Origin: a virus
Strand: one strand, 5' to 3'
DNA length: 64,000 nucleotides
IMG/VR virus record: IMGVR_UViG_3300047546_001659
Location: 32,001 to 96,000 of that record
The translations under genes were made by a program, and so were the position numbers. The notes under the pieces are model-generated. The model was not told where the DNA came from. It ran no database searches and was given only the letters and a program-made list of their open reading frames with translations. Shown piece by piece: positions 14,579 through 25,800 of the stretch. Within the stretch, counting starts at the first letter, position 1; each line of letters opens with the position of its first letter.

Positions 14579-17353
14579 ATGAACCTTCCCAATATTGCTA
14601 TACTTGATTTGATAGGCCTGGTTTACGATGGCACAACTCTCCAAAAAAGAGGTTTGGGTGGTTCAGAATCTGCAGTTATTCTTATTTCAAAAGAACTAGC
14701 TAAACTAGGATTTCCTATTACTGTTTTTAATGCTTGTGATGTGGATGATGCAAAATCAGGAATTTATGATGGTGTAATTTATAGACCCATCTCAAGTTTA
14801 AATTCTAATGATAAATTTGATATTGTAATATCATCTAGAACGGTTGTTCCTTTTGTTCCTGATCATTATTATGATGCATTTGCAACAGCAACAAGACATC
14901 ATCCAAGCCTTTTTAAAACAATCAGAGATAATGCAGAACTTAAGATTATGTGGATGCATGATACTTTTGCATCAGGTGATCTTAATTTAGAAGATCTATT
15001 AGTAAATGGATTTATTGATAAAATCTTTACATTATCAGATTTTCATACTGCTTATGTTACTAATTGCAATCATGGCCGCCGACGCAATTTTGAAGTGTTA
15101 AAGAATAAAGTATTTCAAACAAGAAATGCTATTGTTAATTATATTGATGAGGTTGATATTGGTGCAAAAGATAGAAATCTTTTTGTTTACAATGCTTCCG
15201 TTACAAAAGGCATGTTGCCTCTTATTGATGGTATATGGCCTCAAGTAAAAAGATATATCCCTGATGCTAAATTAAAAATAGTTGGAGGATATTATAAATT
15301 TAGAGACGATTCACCTTTAGATGCTCAAGGTGAAACTCTTATGAAGCTTGTAAAAGAACAAAAGTATAAAGACCTTGATATTGAATTTACTGGTATTATT
15401 ACACAAAAAGAAATAGCTGAATTACTTGCTAAAGCCAATATGTTTCTTTTCCCTGGTGCCTTTCCAGAAACATTCGGCATATCAACATTAGAATCTTTAA
15501 CATATAATACTCCTCTTGTGGCTACCCGTTTTGGGGCCTTAGAAGAGACAGCTATTGATTTGGCTTCTTACTTTATTGATTATGCAATTGAACCTAATAG
15601 CCTGTTTACAGAAATAAACACCCAAGATCAAATTAATAAATTTGTTGAGAAAGTGTTTAGAGCTTATAATGATCCTTATCTTCATCAACAAAAACAATAT
15701 TACTGTAATGTAATTAAAGATATCAATACTTGGGATACTGTTGCCTTACAATGGAAACAATTCTTCCTAAAACAATTTGATATACCTTTACCTGTTAATG
15801 AATATCGTAAGGTTACTTACATTAATGATAAGGTTCATCGTGTCTATGGTAGAAGGTTTGCTAATAAAGAAGAAGGCCATAATTATAAGTTAGGACATGA
15901 ACAACCAGTAAGTATTATTACACCTTTTTATAATGCAGAAAAATATATTGCTAATTGTATTAATTCTGTAGCCTCTCAAGACTATAACAACTATATGATG
16001 TACCTGATTAATGATTGTAGTACAGATAATTCATTAAATATAGCCAAAGAGTGCATTGATAGTTTTCCTAAAGATATTCAGGGTAAATTTGTTATTATTA
16101 ATAATAAAGCTAATAGGGGAGCAGTTTATAATCAAATTAGAACCTTAAAAACATTTCCTATTGATGATGATAGTCTTGTTATGTTTTTAGATGGTGATGA
16201 TTGGTTAAGAGCAGATAATAATATATTTAATTTTTACAATAATCTTTTTGCTAATGATAAAACCGATTATGCTTATGGTAGTTGTTGGTCTTTAGCAGAT
16301 AATATTCCTTTGATTGCTCAACCCTATCCTAAAGAAATTAAAAAGAACAAATCATATAGAGAACACAAATTTAATTGGGGAATGCCTTATCCTCATCTTA
16401 GAGTCTTTAGAAAAAAATTGATCAATAATATTGATGAAGAAGTTTTTAAAGATGAGGTTGGTAATTGGTTTAAAGCAGGTGGAGATAATGCAACTTTTTA
16501 TAATATAATTGAACAAGCTGATCCTAATAAGATTGTAGCTGTTCAAGAAATATTTTATAATTATAATGATACAAATCCTATTAATGATTATAAGGTACAC
16601 GGTGAATTACAAAACCAAAATGCTGCAAAAATAACGAGTAATTCCAAACCGATCGAGGCCCCTGAAGTTATAGAAAATTTTAAAGAATCTAAAGATATTA
16701 TTAATCAAGTAGCCAAAGAAATAAACAACAAGACAAAGGTAATCAATTCATATATGAAGAAGAAAATTTTAATTGCTATACCTACTGCAAGAAATATAGA
16801 GGCTCAAACTTTTAAATCAATTTACGATTTAATTATCCCAGATGGATATGAAGCCAATTTTCAATATTTTTATGGATATCAAGTAGATCAAGTACGCAAT
16901 CTTATAGCTGACTGGGTTGTCAAAGGCTATGATTATCTCTTTGCTGTTGATTCTGATATTGCTTTTGCACCTGATACATTACTCAAACTTCTATTACATG
17001 ACAAAGATATTGTTTCCGGTATCTATAGACAACGTGTTCCCGAAAGACAAACTTTGGAAATCTTTGAGTCTAATGATAAGGGTGGCTATACTCACATTGA
17101 TTGGGAAAAGATTAAGGGTAAGGGAGTTGTTGAGATAGGTGCTTGTGGATTTGGATGCGTTCTTATTAAAAAGAATGTTTTAGCAGATATTGGATATCCA
17201 CAATTTGCATATAAATCAGCTCTTGATCATAACCATACTTTCTCAGAAGATTTATATTTTGCTAAAATGGCTTCTGAAAAAGGTTATAGATTCTATGCTG
17301 ACACTTCTATCGTCTGTGATCACATAGGATCATACGTATTCAAAGTATCTTAA
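14579..17353 (+). CDS. Three-domain glycosyltransferase (GT-B/GT4-like plus two GT-A/GT2-like domains)
   Basis: GLGGSE...WMHD...FPETFGISTLES (GT4); SIITPFYNAEKYI...INDCSTD...FLDGDD (GT2); ILIAIPT...RN...LFAVDSD...CGFGCVLIK...SEDLYF...CDHIG (second GT-A). Likely start is MNLPN at 14579. Confidence 0.9.
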   Translation: MNLPNIAILDLIGLVYDGTTLQKRGLGGSESAVILISKELAKLGFPITVFNACDVDDAKSGIYDGVIYRPISSLNSNDKFDIVISSRTVVPFVPDHYYDAFATATRHHPSLFKTIRDNAELKIMWMHDTFASGDLNLEDLLVNGFIDKIFTLSDFHTAYVTNCNHGRRRNFEVLKNKVFQTRNAIVNYIDEVDIGAKDRNLFVYNASVTKGMLPLIDGIWPQVKRYIPDAKLKIVGGYYKFRDDSPLDAQGETLMKLVKEQKYKDLDIEFTGIITQKEIAELLAKANMFLFPGAFPETFGISTLESLTYNTPLVATRFGALEETAIDLASYFIDYAIEPNSLFTEINTQDQINKFVEKVFRAYNDPYLHQQKQYYCNVIKDINTWDTVALQWKQFFLKQFDIPLPVNEYRKVTYINDKVHRVYGRRFANKEEGHNYKLGHEQPVSIITPFYNAEKYIANCINSVASQDYNNYMMYLINDCSTDNSLNIAKECIDSFPKDIQGKFVIINNKANRGAVYNQIRTLKTFPIDDDSLVMFLDGDDWLRADNNIFNFYNNLFANDKTDYAYGSCWSLADNIPLIAQPYPKEIKKNKSYREHKFNWGMPYPHLRVFRKKLINNIDEEVFKDEVGNWFKAGGDNATFYNIIEQADPNKIVAVQEIFYNYNDTNPINDYKVHGELQNQNAAKITSNSKPIEAPEVIENFKESKDIINQVAKEINNKTKVINSYMKKKILIAIPTARNIEAQTFKSIYDLIIPDGYEANFQYFYGYQVDQVRNLIADWVVKGYDYLFAVDSDIAFAPDTLLKLLLHDKDIVSGIYRQRVPERQTLEIFESNDKGGYTHIDWEKIKGKGVVEIGACGFGCVLIKKNVLADIGYPQFAYKSALDHNHTFSEDLYFAKMASEKGYRFYADTSIVCDHIGSYVFKVS

Positions 17354-17553
17354 AAATAATTTACAGGCGGTGCTTGGTTAGGAACTGTAGGTGTAGTTCC
17401 TAACACATCTGAAGCTTTTTGCTTTAATATAGAAAGTGGTTCTACAGTCTCACCAATTTTTTTAACTATTACTTTAGTTTCCATTGGTGCAGTTCTTGCA
17501 ACTGTAACTAATACATTACCATATTTTTGTATTACAATCCTTGAGTCACGCAT
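17350..17553 (-). CDS. Small hypothetical protein
   Basis: Coupled to the upstream ORF by a TGATG overlap. Confidence 0.55.
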   Translation of the reverse strand: MRDSRIVIQKYGNVLVTVARTAPMETKVIVKKIGETVEPLSILKQKASDVLGTTPTVPNQAPPVNYF

Positions 17554-17879
17554 CAGCGAGTAACCTCGGGATTTACTGTTACAATACCTTCAAGAATTCT
17601 TGATGAGACATTGTTTGAATGTAATTGAAGATCATATACATAACGGCTATTTGTAAGATTAGCCGTTGATGCAGCATTCATAGACAAGGTTACTAAACCT
17701 GATGTGTTTCCCAAAGCAACATTAATTGTATAATATGTTGATGATGTATAGGTTTTTCTTATCTGTGCATTTGCAGTATAACCTGATATATCAAAGGCAT
17801 CACCATTTGAATCAATCAAATAAATGTTATGAATAAAATCAGCACCTTGATCTATTACTAGATTAGTCTTTATTGCCAT
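17553..17879 (-). CDS. Virion adaptor protein (BppU/Ig-like)
   Basis: NLVIDQGADF...FDISGYTANAQIRK...RYVYD...RILEGIVTVNPEVT, a common T4-like structural family. Confidence 0.75.
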   Translation of the reverse strand: MAIKTNLVIDQGADFIHNIYLIDSNGDAFDISGYTANAQIRKTYTSSTYYTINVALGNTSGLVTLSMNAASTANLTNSRYVYDLQLHSNNVSSRILEGIVTVNPEVTR

Positions 17880-19521
17880 TTTTTAAACTATCTATTTCAG
17901 CCTTAAGTTCCTTAATGGCTTCAATTAAAAGAGGCACCAATTTATCATACTGAACTGTTAGATATTTTTCATCAACAGGTGCAGGGAATACAGCTTCTGG
18001 TAATACTGCTTGAACTTTTTGTGCCGAAAGACCAACTTGAATCTTCTCATCATCATATCCAAGTTCTTTAGCAGTATCATTACCTTTATAATAGAATCCA
18101 TCTAGGCTTTGTACTTTTTCAAGAGCATTCTCAATAGGTCCTATTACATCTTTGAGTCTCTCGTCGGAGTAATAGGCAATAACGTTACCTTTGGCTCTTA
18201 TTTCACCTTTGTTATTTTGTCCCGGTGCATTTACTCCAACACCTAAACTTCTAGCTTCAACATCTACATCATCAGGATTAGAACCATGGTTATCGTCAAA
18301 TCCTAATATGCCATTATCTTCATCAACAACAACCAATACTTGTTTTATTTTACCTTTTTTATCAGGTAATATTAAATCAAAATTTACATTTGTAGGGGGT
18401 GCTAATAATCTTACATAACCTGAACCAGCAGCACTTTCTAATCTTATAGCACCTTCAACATGCAAAGCATCAAGTGGTGTGGTAATACCACCAACGCCAA
18501 GTGCATTTGCAAAATAAGCTTTTGTAGTATTAGCAGATAGTATTATAGTGTTACCAGTTGAGGTTCTTGTACCAGGTGTTGCATTTGGAAATACTGTGGC
18601 AGTTAAAGTTCCTAAATTCAAATTTATTACTTCAGCAACTGTATTTGTAAAAACAGAATGTCCAATAGTATTTTGAAAAATATTTCTTGCAAAATTAGAT
18701 CCACCACCAGCACCATTATACATAAATGTTATATTTGAGGCTATGGTATTACTATAATATCCGTGTGAGAAATGTCTACCTGCTCCAACGATATCCACAT
18801 CACCAGCTGAGCCAATACCATTAATGAAATAATTATTAGATCCTGCAAATAAAACATTGGCTGTGAAGAGTGAATTACTTCCTGAAATTGAAAGGTTTGA
18901 GGTCTTTACTGTACCAACCTTTAGTTCATAAGCATTAAAATAAGAATTAGTATCACCGGCCGGTAAATTATCATTGTAAGAAATATATACACCGGTTCTG
19001 GTAATTATTGTGTTTCCGTCTGCAGCACCAACAACAAGATTGGCTGCAAAATTAGCACTTACAATATTAGCCTGATTAAATGCTACACTATTTTTATATA
19101 AGAAATTATTACCTACAAACAATTGATCAGTAAAATATGCGGAATTGGTACTAACATTACCTGTTCTGATTACAGTATTACCCATTGAAATAAGGGTTTT
19201 AGTATAAGCTGTTGATCCATCAATCAACATACCAGATGAAGTAATGATTGCGTTTGATGTAGGACCAGAATTGAATATTAATTGATTTGAATTTGCAATA
19301 GCATTAGCTGTACTATTTGTACTTAAAAATAATGATCCAGCATTAGAAACAAAATAACTGTTGGCATAAAAGGTACCAGTAATAGCAGCATTACCAGGAG
19401 CTGTATTAGAATTGGTAGAAACAACGTATTGTGCTAAGGCATTAATAACCAAATTGGTTTTTGTTAACCACTGGCCAAATGAATCAGTTGATTGAGTAAT
19501 AATTCCTACATTGATTGTCAT
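17863..19521 (-). CDS. Tail fibre with C-terminal intramolecular chaperone (peptidase S74-like)
   Basis: N-terminal DSFGQWLTKTN anchor; AYYSDERLKD...ALEKVQSLDG...GLSAQKVQAVLPEAV...YDKLVPLLIEAIKEL. Confidence 0.85.
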   Translation of the reverse strand: MTINVGIITQSTDSFGQWLTKTNLVINALAQYVVSTNSNTAPGNAAITGTFYANSYFVSNAGSLFLSTNSTANAIANSNQLIFNSGPTSNAIITSSGMLIDGSTAYTKTLISMGNTVIRTGNVSTNSAYFTDQLFVGNNFLYKNSVAFNQANIVSANFAANLVVGAADGNTIITRTGVYISYNDNLPAGDTNSYFNAYELKVGTVKTSNLSISGSNSLFTANVLFAGSNNYFINGIGSAGDVDIVGAGRHFSHGYYSNTIASNITFMYNGAGGGSNFARNIFQNTIGHSVFTNTVAEVINLNLGTLTATVFPNATPGTRTSTGNTIILSANTTKAYFANALGVGGITTPLDALHVEGAIRLESAAGSGYVRLLAPPTNVNFDLILPDKKGKIKQVLVVVDEDNGILGFDDNHGSNPDDVDVEARSLGVGVNAPGQNNKGEIRAKGNVIAYYSDERLKDVIGPIENALEKVQSLDGFYYKGNDTAKELGYDDEKIQVGLSAQKVQAVLPEAVFPAPVDEKYLTVQYDKLVPLLIEAIKELKAEIDSLKNGNKD

Positions 19522-19751
19522 TTATTTTCTAATGCCTTTGTTAGAAGATCTTTGATTGAAGAAATATCATTTTTTATAGAATCTATTTCTTCCTTAAGAT
19601 TATTTATTTCATTTATTTTACTTGCTTCTAACATTCTTTTTTGTCTTGCTTCTTTGTAAGCTAATAATCCATCTATATCACGGTTTACAAAGGCACCTGG
19701 ATTACCTCTTTGCTGTACAAATTCATCATCTAATACTTTTCTTTTATCCAT
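19518..19751 (-). CDS. Small conserved virion-associated coiled-coil protein
   Basis: GAFVNRD...YK...EINNLKEEI...IKDLL pattern; follows the VrlC-like genes. Confidence 0.65.
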   Translation of the reverse strand: MDKRKVLDDEFVQQRGNPGAFVNRDIDGLLAYKEARQKRMLEASKINEINNLKEEIDSIKNDISSIKDLLTKALENK

Positions 19752-19753
19752 AA

Positions 19754-21454
19754 TTATACCTGTAATGCTACAGCTCTTACATCACGCATTGTCGGGAAAT
19801 TAGCACCATCTACTGAGAATATGGCTATTTTGATAGAGAATGTATCAAAACCTCTATGAATAACACCAGCTGATGTGTAATATGTTAATGTTCCTACAGA
19901 TATTCCATTAGGGGCATCGCCTATTGAATCAAGATATGATACAGTATTTACAGGTGATGAGGGGCGAGATGTTGCAGAAGGTACACCAAATCTATATTCT
20001 TTATAATCTTCAAAATCTTTAGGTGAGCCATATATAGCGCCCAAACCATCAAGATAAGAAAGTTCTGTCCATGGTTTTGTATCAAATACATCAGAATCAG
20101 TTTGTGAATTTAAAAATTTACCATAAACTTTAATGTTTGTTCCTGGTGGTCTATATCCTGTGATCCAAACCTTTAAATCTTCTGCTACGGCGTCAAGAAC
20201 TACTGTTTTAGAGATATATTTACTTCTTGCATTACCATATCTAGTATGTTCATTGGTATCATCATTATTAATATAATTTGTAATATAATCTATTGTCTTG
20301 GTAGATAAATCAAGTACAGGTGAAAGATATTGACTAGAAGTATAAAGACCTATTTCATATGTTGATGTACCTTTTGTACCATATGTGCCGGTTGCTACTT
20401 CATTTGAATAACTTCTAATAATTCTTTCATAATCTCTAAATTCAAACAGGTCTTGATTTTGTATTACTGTACCAACTGAATCTTTTGTCAAAGCTGCTGA
20501 ATATGTTGCATTACTTGTACCATAATATTTAAAATCAGCATATGTACCAATAGGTTCATTCATTTTAAATTTAGGTACAACAGCATTATAGGGAATATCA
20601 TCAATAGATAATGTTGTTGCATTTGCTATAAGATTGGATGGTGTTATTAACTGCAGGTTGGCGTAATTTGATGTTCTATAAATTCTTAAATTTTTGTATT
20701 TTGTTGTATCAAATTTACCATTAGAATTTTTAATATGTAAAACCCCTTTACTCTCATCAATATATTTTACAAAGCCTCTTGGGTATTTTGTAGCATCAGT
20801 TAAAGTCTGTGTGAGATTTGTTGCATTCGCTGCATATACAATATCACCGATGTAAATTGGAACATTATTATCTTTTCTATAGATACCACCTGATGTAGAA
20901 AGATCTAATGTAATAAAATCTACTGTATCATTTCTAAAAGTAACTTTACCGGTACTTACTGGGAATTGTGCAATATACAAATTAAATTTTAAATCTTGTG
21001 TCTGAACTGCGGTCCAAGAATTACCATTTGATGAAATATAGAGTACTCCAGAATAAGCTTGTTGAGTTACAGACTGACCAGTAAGAACATCTTTTCCTCC
21101 AATTTCAGCACACCACATATCATAATCAGGAGTATTGTTATCCGGATAAACATAAAAAGCATATGGTTTATCTGTTTGAAGCATTAGGGGTTCTTGAAAT
21201 TTAAAAATAGTTTCTGCAGATGCATCTTCACTTACTAATATATCTTTAGGATATAAATGTCCAGAACCCATTCTTTTAGATGTATCTGGAACACCATTAT
21301 TTGTTTGAACAACTACACAAAACGCACCCAGTGAAGAAGATTTATTCTTGAAGAAAACACCTATTTGAGTAAGAAATACACCAGGAAGATTGCCAACTGA
21401 TGATGCATCAATTGTAAATGTTTGTGCAATTGGATTTGTTGCTTCTAATGCCAT
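19754..21454 (-). CDS. VrlC-like structural protein, C-terminal part
   Basis: PIAQTF...GVFLTQIGVFF...SSNGNSWTAVQTQDLKF...SKYISKTVVL...FSIKI...PTMRDVRAVAL. Confidence 0.75.
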   Translation of the reverse strand: MALEATNPIAQTFTIDASSVGNLPGVFLTQIGVFFKNKSSSLGAFCVVVQTNNGVPDTSKRMGSGHLYPKDILVSEDASAETIFKFQEPLMLQTDKPYAFYVYPDNNTPDYDMWCAEIGGKDVLTGQSVTQQAYSGVLYISSNGNSWTAVQTQDLKFNLYIAQFPVSTGKVTFRNDTVDFITLDLSTSGGIYRKDNNVPIYIGDIVYAANATNLTQTLTDATKYPRGFVKYIDESKGVLHIKNSNGKFDTTKYKNLRIYRTSNYANLQLITPSNLIANATTLSIDDIPYNAVVPKFKMNEPIGTYADFKYYGTSNATYSAALTKDSVGTVIQNQDLFEFRDYERIIRSYSNEVATGTYGTKGTSTYEIGLYTSSQYLSPVLDLSTKTIDYITNYINNDDTNEHTRYGNARSKYISKTVVLDAVAEDLKVWITGYRPPGTNIKVYGKFLNSQTDSDVFDTKPWTELSYLDGLGAIYGSPKDFEDYKEYRFGVPSATSRPSSPVNTVSYLDSIGDAPNGISVGTLTYYTSAGVIHRGFDTFSIKIAIFSVDGANFPTMRDVRAVALQV

Positions 21455-21470
21455 TAATAAATTCCTTAAA

Positions 21471-22892
21471 TTAACCTAATGTACTTCCATCACCATCTGA
21501 GAACCCATCAAATCCAGGTGCACCCGCCGCTTCCAATGCATCAAAAGCACTGGGCATATCACCACAAGGGTCTGGTGAGTGATCACCACCTCCACCTCCA
21601 CCGCCGCCTCCTCCGCCTCCTCCATAAGTAGGTGGTGGGGATGGTGGAGGTGGTGGATCTTGTGTAGTCCAAGTAAGAGGAGGCTGATCTTTCGTATTTG
21701 TAGAAGGTGTAAAGATAGGATCAATAATTTTAAATTGGACGTCTTGTTGTGTAACTGAAAGACCCATTGAAGTATATACACCTTCTGCAGATGTAATAAT
21801 GGCATCTTTATTATCAAGATTATTTACATTTGTGAGCATGAAAGATCTTTCACCTGCTCTAAATGTATTTTCTGGAAGATAGAAAATAAGAAGAATTTCA
21901 CCATAACGATTAGCTGTTAAAGTTCCTCCTAATGCTCCTGATGGTGTAAATTTATCAGCCGGGTCACCTTTAAATCCTGCAGCAAATTTATCTTCATCAA
22001 CAGTTCCATTTTCTTTAACAAAATCTTGACTAATTTGTGCCATGCAACAGTATTGACTTACTAATTTTTTATCAAAGAAAGGATATAGTATTGATCCTGG
22101 TCTTAAGAATCTTCCTATAATACCAATCTTTCTTCCTTTCATATAAGGAAGCATTGAAACATCCCTTACCACATTACCCATATCTTGATAAGTAGTTTGT
22201 GATGTTACTTTAATATCAGTAATAGTTTGTTTAACATCCATGGCCCAGTAATTGGTTTGACCACTCTCACCTGTTTGTTTAGGTGCACTATAGGTGGTAT
22301 CAATATCCTTGAAAGCACCATTAGCAGCAGCATCCTGCCAATTTTTAGCTTGGTCAATTGTAATCGTTTGAGGTGCTTGTTGAGTGGTTACATTGGTACC
22401 ATCATAGTTTGGATAACAGTGTAAGGCACCCTTGTAATTGTAAAATGTTTCTGCACAATTTCTATACATAGTCGCATAGGGGTTGCCGCCAAGTTTGATG
22501 CTGTTGTAGTTCAACATCATTAGACGACCACGCCATCCAACAGCAGTAGTATTAGTTTCATCAACTATTAAATCATTATATACTTCACCGAAATTAGGTC
22601 TAGCAATTGATTTAGAAGAACTAATAGCCATGTTAAATTCAGGATCATTAGTTCTTCCAATTGTACCGTCATTAAATGGATCTGCAAAGATACCATTTTT
22701 AAATCTTTCCAAACCACTTCCATCAGCTCTAGGAAGAGAAAGAGTCTTTGTATCCAATGCTAAGGCATTCAAGACAGAATAGTATTCAAGGGCTTTAATT
22801 CTTTGCTCAAGAGCAAAGATTTCTTTCATTGTATAGCCCTTAGTTGTTTGGATGTTTACTCTAACAGCAAGATCTTGTCTTTTGTAACCCAT
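21471..22892 (-). CDS. VrlC-like (DUF4815-type) structural protein, middle part
   Basis: YTMKEIFALEQRIKALEYYSVL...RFKNGIFADPF; ends in a poly-Pro/poly-Gly tail. Confidence 0.75.
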   Translation of the reverse strand: MGYKRQDLAVRVNIQTTKGYTMKEIFALEQRIKALEYYSVLNALALDTKTLSLPRADGSGLERFKNGIFADPFNDGTIGRTNDPEFNMAISSSKSIARPNFGEVYNDLIVDETNTTAVGWRGRLMMLNYNSIKLGGNPYATMYRNCAETFYNYKGALHCYPNYDGTNVTTQQAPQTITIDQAKNWQDAAANGAFKDIDTTYSAPKQTGESGQTNYWAMDVKQTITDIKVTSQTTYQDMGNVVRDVSMLPYMKGRKIGIIGRFLRPGSILYPFFDKKLVSQYCCMAQISQDFVKENGTVDEDKFAAGFKGDPADKFTPSGALGGTLTANRYGEILLIFYLPENTFRAGERSFMLTNVNNLDNKDAIITSAEGVYTSMGLSVTQQDVQFKIIDPIFTPSTNTKDQPPLTWTTQDPPPPPSPPPTYGGGGGGGGGGGGGDHSPDPCGDMPSAFDALEAAGAPGFDGFSDGDGSTLG

Positions 22893-22894
22893 AA

Positions 22895-25800
22895 TTATTC
22901 TGCTTCCGAAAATGTTAAGGATGGATATGGTGTAACATACACATCTGCAATTTTTAATCCCGTATCATTTACAATAGGTGGTTTTGAATTATAAGAAGGT
23001 GCACTTGATTTGACACTTAATAGACCATCTTTATTTATTATAAGGGTATCAACTCGTGGCAGATAATATTCAATGTTATAAGTCATGTTAGTATCTGGTT
23101 CAATGGCCATTTTAACACTTGGTGAAGAATAATATACTAATGATGTGTTGGCTGGATTGATTGTATAATTTGGAAAAACTGCAGATACAGAACTAACAGC
23201 TGTATTTTTCATTACAGGTCTAAAATCAATGTGATTTCTAAGATCATAAAGATTACCAGAGATATCTTTGTAAACTGGAATCTGTGCAGTAACAACAGCT
23301 GTTGTATTTGCAGTATTAGCATCATCAATTGAGTAGGAATCTACAGAGAAGAATGTTGCCTTTGTTGAGGTAACATTAGGTGTAAAATGATCTAGTCTTA
23401 CAAATATTCTTGATGTAGAAGAGATAGCATTTTTAAATTGCGGAAGAATGGAGATGTAACTTAAACCATAGAAATTATCTCTTTGTCCATTATCAAAACT
23501 AAACCAATCTTTTCTATCAGGATTGGTATTAGCAAAATTAGCACCAACATATATTGCTTTAATATTATATACATCAGGAATACCAAGAGACCACGGACCA
23601 CTTGTTGATGCTGGATGACTTGCGCAATTAATAGCTACATAAGCATCTTTTGTAACAACTTTTTCTATAGGTGTTGCTTGATTTCTTACTAAAGGAACTT
23701 GTGCTCTTATTTGATATGTTTGACTTGTATCTAAATCAAGAGCAACAGTGATACCCATTTGATTTACTTTAGGAGGTGAACCAGATGTTGAGAATGAAAT
23801 AACATTACCACCACCATTGAAATCAACGTGTGTGCCTACCTTAAAAAATCTTTGTAGAGTAATAGAACTTGCATCAGCTACACCTGATAGAGGTGGTGTA
23901 ATTGAAATACTATTAGCAGAATTGATAGCTGTGATTGTATGATAAGAAACTGTAGGAACAGTTGCAACTTTATAGGAAGCTTTAATACCATCACCTACCT
24001 TAGGGAAAATACCGGAAGTTGTTGGCGTGGTAATAGGATATGATAATGAACCCCAGTTATTGATAAAGCTACCAGTTGCAGCAGTAACAGCAGCACAAGT
24101 AACGTTACTGTGAGTAGCGTTAGAGACACCGCCCTGTGAACCCAAACTTATAGTAGTTGTTGAATAACAGTTGGCTAATGTATCTTGTGCAAATTGTACA
24201 TGTATATCAGTAGAAAGACTATCATCAAGCCCTGCAGTAGCACCATAATTAAATTCGTCTGTTCCCGATGTAAATGATGCTGTAAAAGATCCTGATCCAC
24301 GAGTTGCATTTACTGCATCTAATGTTGTTCTATAGATGTAGGAGGTATTGTTAGCACCAGTTGAACTTAATAATCTTTTAGTTCCATCTAGACCAGTATA
24401 GAACAATAATGATTTTTGTGTTGTATCACTTTGATATAGTTGATTAAATGATCCAGTAGTTGTTCTTGTTTCTGGAACAATATCACCAAAGATTTTTGTA
24501 AATGTACCACTTACTTTACCGATACTTTTTACGTTTGCCTGAAAACTATTTCCTGGTACTAAATTGATATTAGTAACATAAACAAGATATTGAGCTTGTG
24601 CGGTTCCTTTAATACCTGAATAATATTTTACAGCACGGATGGTTGCATTACCAACAATTGTTCCTGTTGGATTTACACCACCTGCAAAGTTTTTAGTAAG
24701 TGAGTATTGATTGGCGCTATAAAGATCAACTGATTCTATTCCTCCAACATCAACTATACCGGAGAAATCCGCAACCTTCATATAGTTACCGAAATTTACT
24801 GTTACTCTTTCATTAAGTGATGAATTAGAATCAATACCTCTTCTTACTTCAATTCTTCTTGGTGATCTAAATTCAACTCTGTAACCATCAACATAAGCAA
24901 CACCTGGTGAAACAGTATAATACATTGTTTGTGTATTAGAAGTAGGTTCAACATTTACTTGAAATGGTTTTACAACATAATCACCAGATTCTTCTTTGGT
25001 TCTTTTTGCCATAACATCCCCAATAATTGAATAAAGAGGATCTTCTTGAATAGTTACAGCAGTACCTGTCCCACCACTGAAATCTACTACAGGTACAAAA
25101 TCTTTAGGTATAATAACATCTGTATTAGTAGTATCATAAGCAATAAGATCAGGAACTAGTTTAAGTCTGTAAGCACCAGGAGCGTTATAATTAGGACTTC
25201 CTAATGAGTTATCATACAAAGATGGATCTTCGTGAGGTGTTACAATATATTCTTTTGTATTGAACCCAACTTTAATACCTACAGCATTAGTACTGTGTTC
25301 TTTAATCATGAAATTTTTTGGATTTGATTTAAGGAAGAATCCTTTTTGATAAATTATACCTTGGCCAACGTGAAGACCAAATCCAGTACCTAAAGCATTT
25401 ACTGTATTATTACTTGGAAGTGTATAGATATCTCCAACATAATAATTAGGATTCAACGCACCTGTTTTGTCTTGCAGAGGTGAATATACATTTATCTTTT
25501 CACCTGCTGTACTAAATGTATAAACAGGAGTACCAGTACCAGTCAATGATCCGCCACTTGAAGCGTCTGAACGACCTGTATTAATATAAATTACATAGGC
25601 TCTATTAGTATCATTACTACCACGATTTACAGCAGCTTCTGCACCACTAAATGCCTCAAAAATTGCAGCTCTTAAAAGTGTATTATTTGAAACCAGAAGA
25701 TAAGAATCTGACATATGTGACTGGACATTGGCAACATCAGTTACTTCTCTAGTTAACAATTTAAAATCTAAAGTTGCAGTGTTACTATCTTTAAATTTAA